A stretch of 64,000 nucleotides of DNA, taken from positions 496,001 to 560,000 of the forward strand of contig JAHLTZ010000008.1 in assembly GCA_025786725.1 (NCBI GenBank), given 5' to 3'. A program made the position numbers and the translations under genes. The notes beneath the pieces are model-generated. The model was given only the letters and a program-made list of their open reading frames with translations. It had not been told where the DNA came from and ran no database searches. Shown here in pieces: positions 54,345 to 64,000 of this stretch. Numbering within the stretch: position 1 is the first letter of the stretch; each line of letters begins with the position of its first letter. This DNA is from Syncephalis fuscata S228. Taxonomy: Eukaryota > Fungi > Zoopagomycota.

Positions 54345-56314
54345 GTATGAAGCTAACGATTAATGGTTTGCTTTGATATTTCCAGTATGTTGTTTTTGTT
54401 ATTTGAGCAATAAACAGACAAATAAATTTATTTTCGTAAAAACCCAATGACTGAACGTTGTGTTTATCATTGTAATGATAATTAATATTGGGAGCTACTG
54501 TACTTTGACTCTCACATTTTTATTTACTCATTTTACCGTCTTCTCCTATTGCTATCTTATTGTTTTATTCAGTAATATATTATACAATAATGTTGAATAT
54601 GACAATATAAATAGCATGCGTATTTGAATATCAATAAAGAACACTATTCAATCACTAGTCTTTATTTCTTTTATTTACATTAACACCTGTTCAAGTAGTC
54701 TCAACGGCATGCCATATATTCTGGCTACAACTGTCGCCACAAGATTTTCCTGATGAATACACTCAACCTATCATTATTGCATACAATGGAGGTTATTTGC
54801 TCCATCAATGGTTGGCAAATAAACTGCACCTACCAAGTTGATATAAAAAATGCTCAAAAAAATGGTGAACATCAGAAATGCTAATCATTCTACCTTTTTA
54901 TCACCATAAACAAGTATCTTACATCGCAGATATGCCCAAATGCAACAGTAGAAGATTGGAAAATAGAAGAAACCATTTAGATGTAAGGAATCACACTGTA
55001 TGTAGCAACAACAATAGCAACCGCAAAATGACATGGAATAGCAATCATATGGCTTTTATTAATATTTGATCAATCTTTCTACACATGGCCAGCAACAATA
55101 ATCAATTTCAAATGTTTCAATTAAATCAAATAGTATGTTACATTATTTATTTAAATGCATAATATCATTACTAATATAATGTTTTGTTACAATCAGTTCT
55201 ATTTTATGAAAATAATAATGTTATTATATCACGTTAATATTTATTGTGAATGATCATTTAAACACAATTTAATCGAATTAAACTATTACAATAGATTATG
55301 TAAAGTGATTTACTGCCTTGAGGGCGGGTTTAAAGTACTTATCAACATAAAATTCGCGCGTTTTATATTTGATATCAGTCTCGTTTCATTGTTAAAGACC
55401 ACTGAGGTCGAACTAATGAATGAATAAACGCAGAGTCCCTTGTGCATCACGTACATAGCTCTGTTACCTTAATTCGTGTGCGCAAGTGTACTCGCAAAAA
55501 GCATAGGCGAAGCCATGTGGATCTAGTATTGCCTGATAGGAAGAAAGGGGGTAAAAAGCAATCATGTGACACTATATCCATTGTTTGTAGAAATCATAAT
55601 GTATAGCCACAGTATTTTATTTATATTAAAGTTATTATACAGATTTAAAAAAAGGCTTTTGATGTCATAGTTTACAGTTGCATCTTAATTATCAACAAAT
55701 AAATAAATTTAAAAGAATTTAGAGTTGAACATGCAATTTACATTGGATTGATTTATCACTCACGATTATACTAAAGCATAACAGTGCTAATATTTCTACA
55801 TAATCACGAGGTTGTGCTTATTATAATAATACTCATATATAATGTATTTGATCCCTTAATGATAATACTAATACTAATATATATATGTATCACGTTTTTT
55901 AGACATAGTAAATTAATTGGCAATAGCAACATGGCTTATTTAAAACAAAAATATAAATAAGCAAAAGAATAAGAATGCAAACATAAGAAATAATTATATA
56001 CACACTTTATTTCAGAATATTTGGCACTCAGTCGCTTTTTGCTCAAATGGAAGGTGTTATCAAGGAGCAATATATATATTGCGGATATTTAAATATACCT
56101 TAACAGGCAAGGGTGGCATGGCCTGTTTTTAAATGGCAATATAAAGCATTGAAGAATAAAAGCAAAAAAGACATAAATATGCCGTCTGTTGAGCATTTTT
56201 TGTTCAATATTTTCCACGATAAGTACATTACGTTTTGCACTTACTTTTCTACACGTATTCTTAAAGTAACTAATTATAAACATGATGGCAATTTTGAAAT
56301 AAAATCAAGTTACA

Positions 56315-57802
56315 ATGATAAGCAGCGTCTTGGCACTGATATTTATTGTTCAGCCTATATTTGCTACACCGCGTAAAGCCAATTTACCCGAAGGTAGATT
56401 ATTATACCAGATAGTTTATGCGTCCATACTAATAGCATTGATATATAGATGTATTTGAACCTGATCCACCGCAAGTATACGATGGTATTGATATACCCGC
56501 TGGATTTGAACAAGGTGAAGAGACATCATGGGAGCAACAACTACAAGGCATGGATGTGAATGTCATGTGCCGCATACGAAACAATCTCAATGATAAATTT
56601 CGATTTCTTCAGGTATTTATTAAATATTGCGAATATTACAACTAGCTAAGCAATTATAAATCTAGGACCTTAGCCGCAAACGAGTGCTATTACAAAATGA
56701 TCCCGGACGCCAGTATGTTTTACACCCGCAACGCTCGTTCACTTTTCGAGGCAAGCGCTGTTTTGTTATGCCTCGCTCAGTTGATGAAAATTTGAATGAC
56801 TTTTATTTAAATTACATACCATCTTTGGCTGAAGCTAAATCGATTTTATCATTTTTCACTAAATTGATACAAGGTAGGCCTAGCCGATATGTTTACGTAT
56901 GCACAGTATCTCATAATGAAATATGATTAGGTATTAATTATATCCACAAAGTTGGATGGACCAACATTAGTTTAAATGAGTTCAGTAAGAAAATGTCGCA
57001 TTAACATTTAAGCCATTGCTAACTATAAATTATAGGCATTGTTGTTAAATCAAATCTCAGTAAATATCCTGTTATCAATGTAATGAAAATTGAACAGCTA
57101 AGACGCATCGAATTTAAAAACAATATTGTAGTACCGATAGATGCACCTCAAATGAAACTATTATATCTTCCTGAATGGATCAAAAATACTAAAATCGATC
57201 CACGTAAGGCTGATCTATGGAGAATCGGCGAACTTTTTTATGCTTTCCAATATGAATTCTACTTTAAGATGCCAAAAAAATCCACTAAGCAAATTTTAGA
57301 AGAAACTTTTTCCAAAATGCCAGACGTCAAGCCAGAACTCCACGACACACAACAGCAGTTCAAAAGATTTATGCCATACTTCAAGAAACTTATTGAAGAT
57401 AGCTATCAATCTGGATTAATAACAAAAAATAACGGTCGAGCTATTCTATTAAATACGAACAGCAGCCTTCCAAAGAACAGTATTGATATATCGTTGTCGC
57501 CAATCAAGCAAATTTATTTAACGACAGAAATGCTAGACTTATTTATTGCTGCGCAAAACTGTGTTTTTGGAAATAAGCCTTTGCGAGGATACTCACAGTT
57601 TTTGCTTAATGGGCTCTTCCAACTAGGAATATATAGCATGCTTCCTGATATGTATGTAGCACATCCAAATGAATATACTCCCGTATTAGACATGCTAAAT
57701 AGGCTGCTAACACTCAATCCCGAAGAGCGATTAACGCCGGACCAATACTTGAGACAATTTGATAGAAATACAAATGCCAACCGTTTGCATGTATCTGATT
57801 AA
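56315..57802 (+). CDS. Secreted protein-kinase-like pseudokinase, paralog of 2907-4418 (5 exons)
   Basis: Signal peptide MISSVLALIFIVQPIFA. Segments GINYIHKVGWTNISLNEF (catalytic loop destroyed), PEWIKNTKIDPRKADLWRIGELFY, MLNRLLTLNPEERLTPDQYL. Intron positions match the first copy. Confidence 0.75.
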
Positions 57803-58507
57803 CAAAATTAACTATAAAACACCAGTATGATAGACGATTACTTTTAGTAATAAACATTAACATTTGCATCAAGTGTGGTTTATAGTGAAATAATCGACGC
57901 TAAATGGCTGGATGATGGCAGAAGCAAATAAATAAATACACCACAGTATTTGTATCACATTAATCGTTCATCAAACATGTTAGTATACTAATCAATGTTG
58001 ATAGCAAGCCAGATACACTGTCAAGCAGTAAGAGGCTAGGTGGGAAATTAGTACAAGCATAATTAGCTGAATACAAAGCCTCTTGATTTATATGTAATAT
58101 TTGATACTGCTTAGTGTACAAGCTGTCACACAGACGGCATCGCAGTTGAAGCTACAATAAGAGCAAAACTAAAATTGGTCACTAAGGCTGTCTGTATGGC
58201 TATCATAATTAAATCAATGACAATCAAGCGTATATTCGAACAGTGGGATATAACAAGGATTTAAATATGGATCAATCAACCGATGTAGGATTTACACATA
58301 TATAAAGAAGCACGTGTAATGTCTTTATCTGTACATCACAAGAACTGTACTGGCATATTGATAATGTAATAAGATATATTGTTTATAGAGATTGTAACAT
58401 ATAATTAAAAAATAATTGGATACAATGAAAAAAATAGATTTCATAATAACTTGAATATTGATAAAACGCTAGTCTACAAACTTAAATTTGAAACTATTGG
58501 CCCAATG

Positions 58508-59542
58508 CTATAAAAATATGCAACAGTATTAGAAAAGCGATTTTAACGTAATTAGGTGTTAAAATGCAATGGCATATAAATTAGAAATATTAGTCATTTA
58601 ACTAATAGGGCGTTACTAATAATACGTATAATTTTACGTATAATGAAGCAAATTGTCTGATACTTCGCATAAGTGTGTGTATAACATATAGGTAGCTATT
58701 GACAAATTATACCGCAATTACATAGCGTGATAGTGTAATGGTAGTGATAATACATTAATAAATGTGCAAAAATAGCAGTTTTTTTTACTATTTATGGCTT
58801 GTATAATTAAAATACAGCAAAATAGTTGGCAGATTCAAGTTCCCCATGCTAAGCTTTACCGTTTGGTATAAAATTTAGAACAATGATTTTGCAACAAATT
58901 TTAGTCAAAAATACGATTTACATAAGTAGCTTAATGAAAATCTGCTATATGTAAATATATGGCATAACTTACTACTATATGTCGTTATTTATGCATAACA
59001 ACTTATTATGCTTGTTTTAGTGTTGTAGAACGCTTTGAATTTACTTTAAGCCAAATTTAATTATTAGTATTAAATTGCTTGAAATTATAAAGCCTAGTCA
59101 CTTTTTGTTAATTTATATGTAGACTGCATTTTTGACTAACATTTGTTGCAAAAACCATTGTTTTAAATCTTATACCAAACGGTACAGCTTAGCATGGGGA
59201 ACTCGAATCTGCCAACTATTTTGCTGTATTTTACTTATACAAGCCATAAATAGTAAAAAACTGCTATTTTTACACATTTATTAGCGTATTATCACTACTA
59301 TTGCACTATCACGCAATACAATCATGGTATACTTTGTCAATGACTATCTACATATTACATGAATATTTGTGCAAAATATTAAACAATTTGATTTATTCTA
59401 CGTAAAGTTATACGTATTATTAGTAACGCCCTATTAGTTAAATGACCAATATTTCTAATTTATATGCCATTGCATTTTACCACCTAAGTACGTTAAAATC
59501 GCTTTTCTAAAATATTGGCTTAAAATTGCATATTTACTATAT
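58508..59542. mobile_element. Second foldback element of the same family (arms ~390 bp, spacer ~210 bp)
   Basis: 58529-58915 is inverted at about 59125-59510. Arm core and spacer are homologous to 38340-39160. Confidence 0.85.
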
Positions 59543-60397
59543 ATAAAAAGAATAAAAACTTATATTCAAATGTGTAATCCACATTGAACCATTTAGTCAG
59601 TGATGCTTATATTAGATCATAATAAAAAGATTTAATTACACTATTTGATTCAAAGTGTCAGCTATTTTACATCATTTGCCTATTCCAATGCATTCATTGT
59701 TCGTTCTTAATTATATTGCTTCATTTTCAATCAGTTTCCTCTTTCATGGTATCCATTAATTGTCACTAGCATGATTATTTATTAGTGTATGCACTTAATT
59801 CGTTTAACACATAATTTGGTAATAGTTTTAACTAAACAGCACTATTCTCAGCATTGTAGACGTAATAATTGTACAATCCTCAATACTATAACGCCTGTTT
59901 TATAACAATATACATAGATTCAAAGCGAATAATGAAGTATTATTATACTTCTACCAATATTATAGCTCTTTGGCTGTATGGCATTTTTCAAATTAGTACA
60001 GCTGATTACATTGTTAGTAGATATTGTTACACTATTCAAATAAAATATTGCTATTTTAATATCAATATTGGAACAGCCGTGTATATATATTTGAAACAAA
60101 GTATATTTGTATAAATTTGCTGTTAATTTACTTAGTTAATTAATCACTGCTGATCATTGGATGTAAATAAACGCTGAACAAAATGTAACAGATTGCTAAA
60201 TACAATTAAAACAAACTTGTGTTTACTCAAACAAGTCTACATAGATGAATAAACCAGAGAGTTGGCTAAAATTTAATATTTGGATGGTCTAAATGGCATA
60301 GGTGTTAGTGGTTTTTGCTTTTCAAATATGTATTTAAAATAAATTAGGCTGCAGTCTAATTACGCTACTAATGTTAATGTCTTGCGTGTATCAGTTA

Positions 60398-61350
60398 TTC
60401 TATGTTTATATATATATATAGCAAATAACATATAATTAGTTCATAAAACAATAATATGTAATTCTACTTACAACCTATTAATATTAAGTTTTTGATGCAA
60501 ATAGTGAGTATATATTTAGTAAATAATTAATTTCCATGTAAAACACTTACAATCTATCAAATCAATTTGTCAATAAACAAAATACATAACATATAATTAG
60601 TACATAGCTAGTTGACATATAATACAATTTACTAACTATTAACATTAAATTATTGACACGAATAATATACATGCAATATCACTTACTATCTATCAATGTT
60701 AATTTGCCAATATGCATAATAAACAAATTGTAATTAGCACATAGTTAATCAGTATGCAATACCACTTACAAGCTATCCATATTAAATTATTAATGCACAA
60801 AGTGTACAATATGCAATTAGTGCGTAACTAATTAATATACAATACAACTTACGACCTATTATATTAAGTTTTTAATACAAATATCATATAGTATTTATTT
60901 AATACGTGGTCAACTAATATACAGTATTACTTACAGCCTTTTAACATTAAATTGTTAATGAATACGATACATAGTTTGTGATTAGAGGATAAACAACCAA
61001 TATGCAATACTACTTACGTTCTGGTAATAGTAAATTATTGATACATAGAGGCAATATGAAATTAGTGTATATGTAACTAATGAAGTATGGTACTTACTTT
61101 CTATTGGTTTTAGTTTAATAAAAAGCAATGTTTAATTGAATTGCCAGTTAACATATAACCGGCGCTACATAGTTGCAACTTACCGCCTAACAACATCATT
61201 GGTTAATTATATACTATAAGCATAGCTCTATGGAATATATTGTAATTGTAACGTACCACGCCGGGTTAGAGTTGGAGTAGCATCTACTATGCTTGTATTA
61301 GCCACAAAAGCCACAAAAAGAACGCAGAAGATGGCAATAGAAAGTCGCAT
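60398..61350 (-). CDS. Micro-exon gene: 41-aa secreted peptide precursor MRLSIAIFCVLFVAFVANTSIVDATPTLTRRGEKRCPYINC
   Basis: Exon 1 is 61350-61257. The 3-nt exons are at 61186-84 GCG, 61100-098 AAA, 61020-18 AAC, 60937-35 GCT, 60855-53 GTC, 60772-70 CTT, 60689-87 ATA, 60635-33 TTA, 60553-51 ATT, 60474-72 GTT. The last exon starts at 60399 (AA completes TAA). All 11 introns are GT-AG. Confidence 0.85.
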
Positions 61351-63447
61351 GATGATATTGTTTGTTAAAACAGAAAAGTAAAATGAATAGTGAATAGAAT
61401 TGATATAGAGTAGGTGAAAATGCTTATTTGCTGAAGATTAGAGTGTGATGGTAATATCGCTGACTATTTATGCATATTCTGTGCTCTATTTAAACCTATG
61501 ATTATGTTGTAGTATCAACAGAATGTTTATTGTATTGATTGTATTGTTAAAAAACAACGTGAATCAATGGAACAAGTCCAGATGGTGTTTTGGAACATAC
61601 ATATAAAAATAGAGTAATACTAGAATAGAATTCAAAAAGGCCTGTTGTTATAACTTGTTTGGCACAAACAAATAATGCGCATGCACTAATCGTCACGTAT
61701 GTGATATCAACAAGCGTGTCGATTTGTATTGTGTAATGACAGGTTTAACAATACCACGATAAAGGTTGTTTTGTCTTTTGAAAACAATGGCAATCACATT
61801 GCTGTGTCTTTGTTCGCTTTTTCTCTAAAAAACTTCAATGGCTAATATTTAAATACAATTTAAACAGGATATTTGAATATAATGCAATAGATTTAATACA
61901 ATAAGCTATTGCTTGATAAAAATGCACTATCCTGTGTAACTGCCTGCACCTATTGAATTATAAAATGCACTGATTATTTTACAAATATAGTTATTTTGAT
62001 GTTGTGAATAATAAGCTGTATAAATGATCCAATGATCAAAAGCTTTTATTTTCATTCAATTTAATAACATGGAGCTAATAATAAACACTGGCTTATAGTA
62101 TATGTTTATACAAATTTCCTTTTAAACTACCCAAACACTTATGAGTGAGCTCTTGCACAGCAATGTTATCCAATATTGACTGAGTCCCCCTCTTTGATCC
62201 TTTCTTTTGTTGAGTGTACCCGGCGGTGACGGTTAAAGTATAACAATTACAAAGATGAATGATTTACTAAATTTATACATACAATATATTTAAACATATT
62301 CTTGTACATGACATACCATTGACAATATTTAAGCGATATATTATAAAATCATTTATGACCTGTCTTACAATAAGCATTATTTGTAATGTGATGTCTTGCG
62401 ACATTTCAATAGTAAAACGTTGCTTTCAGCTACTGATACTATTAGTTGGTCGAACAAAGAATAGCTTTTATTGATCAAGTTATACACGACATGCTATAAT
62501 GCGTACTGCAACAAAACCAAAGTGAACATTTGCCATTGCTCAAGAATCAAGTTCCGAATGTTTCATTCTCGCTCTTTTCCTGTTCTAATGAGTCAATATC
62601 CGCCATATAGTGTCAACTTTGGACAAGGGTGTCAGTTTTCGCACATTTTTGGTACTGCAGCATTAGTTTTATGCTAAAACTATATTATGGACAGAGCGTT
62701 GGTTGGCAGTTTGCTCACTCACTCACTCTCTATTACTCACGATTATATATAATGTTGCCAAGTTTTATAATAAAACAAAACGAAGTCTATAGAAAAAAGT
62801 TAGAAAAATATTTAAAAATAGCAGTACGTCCGGTAAACTTCGCAGGCTTATGAAGCTCATTTGAAAGAGGTTACCAATATCATCAAGAACCAAAAAAGAA
62901 AGGTAGTAGAAATAGAAGAGCAGTATCAAAGCATAAAAAGTATTTAAGGTAAATCTGATGGATGAAAAGGAGACTGCATATGCTTGGACGACGATGATAA
63001 AGGATGAAAGGGTAACTAACAGGTACTCATATAAATACTAAACACTACTTTATTTAATAAAGAACCATAATCTCTCAATAAATTCACTAACTTTAACATT
63101 AAGTGTTCTACCAATTGAATCTGTGTTGTTGAAATACACTTTTATTTGTATTTGCCAAACAATTCGGTAACAGTATTACTTACAATCTCCGGGACGGTCT
63201 CCGTTCCTCCACACCATATTCTTATGGACTCTAAAGGCCATTAATGACTGACACCTTATTCCTCTTGCCCTCGAGTCGCCATATGCACTTTTGAAACAAT
63301 TCTTTAGACAAACCCAAAATGCTTGCAATTTATTCATATGCAGTCTTTGCCATACATTATTTATTAAATTTATTAAATTTATTTATTAATAAAACTATTT
63401 TTTGTTTGCTCCACACTTCGTTTTCTTTTAATGACGTTTATTACAAA

Positions 63448-64000
63448 TTAAACATTCTTTAATAACGCTTTTCCTGATAGTTGTTTCATTAGTAGTTTGT
63501 ATTTGCTTTTCAATAAAGATGTTTGTTTCAACATTGTTAGTGCTAGTGTTTGCAGTGCATGTCCTTGTATTGTGTCTTTTAAGCTACAATTGCGACAATT
63601 ATATCGTTGAGAGGTTTGCAAAGCTTTACTATAACATCTAATTCTTTTAACTCTTGGTCTACCGGCTTTCTTCGTTATTATCGGTGGCAAACACAAAATA
63701 TCTGCAGTAATTGGCTCTATTTCAACCAGGCAAATTTCTAAAGCATATAATTTGTTTAAATAATCAATGGTGTAAGATTTATTAATAAACTCATTTAATA
63801 AAAAACCACAATTCTTCAAAATTAGTAGTTTTAATTTGAAATTTGGTATCAGAATAATCATCAACTATATAGTTATTGATGTCAGTTAATGTTGATTTAT
63901 ACAAAAAATAGCTATTATTAGTTAACAATCCTTGAGCTTGTGAATACTTAATTCAGGTACTGAATCTGATAATGTTTAAGAAAATAGACCCAGTTGTTTT
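63448..64000 (-). mobile_element. Degraded Mutator-like (MULE) transposase C-terminus
   Basis: SYTIDYLNKLY..I..CLPPIITKKAGRPRVKRIR..CRNC followed, after a 1-nt shift, by HNTRTC (CX2CX4HX4C knuckle), typical of MULE transposase tails. Confidence 0.7.

Noticed and set aside
55310-55570. GC-richer patch with small hairpins as a possible ncRNA
   Set aside because: No recognisable snRNA/snoRNA boxes, so it cannot be supported by eye.
60400-61190. Reading the ~83-bp periodic array as a CRISPR array or plain satellite
   Set aside because: Eukaryotic context with no cas genes. The conserved parts are splice signals, and the variable triplets splice into a coherent ORF.
62400-63020. Short ORFs 62471-62677 and 62629-62853
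   Set aside because: Interrupted by stops with no recognisable motif. At most unidentifiable pseudogene debris.

Overview
AT-rich, intron-rich eukaryotic DNA with short GT..ctaa..AG introns. It is fungal, and the gene content and lineage-type F-box and pseudokinase families suggest an early-diverging, possibly mycoparasitic zoopagalean such as Syncephalis (inference). Housekeeping genes: DHA2-type MFS transporter, three GT62 Anp1/Mnn9-like mannosyltransferases, Cld1-like hydrolase, PXA1, two bestrophin/UPF0187 channels, DTD1, IDO, ATG13, an FHA-kinase, TRM44 and SDHB. Interspersed are effector-like genes (two secreted pseudokinases, two actinoporin-like proteins), two related foldback palindromes, MULE remnants and a dispersed ~150-bp repeat. 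The main discovery is missing from the ORF track. At 61350-60398 (minus strand) an ~83-bp tandem repeat resolves into 11 introns separating ten consecutive 3-nt micro-exons. Spliced to a signal-peptide exon they read MRLSIAIFCVLFVAFVANTSIVDATPTLTRRGEKRCPYINC-stop, a secreted precursor predicted to release a disulfide-closed hexapeptide CPYINC. SDHB also carries Met at the conserved quinone-site Pro (CPSYWWN to CMSYWWN). Several genes have single-base deletions, mostly at short homopolymers, that look like assembly errors. All gene models were read by eye and are unverified.
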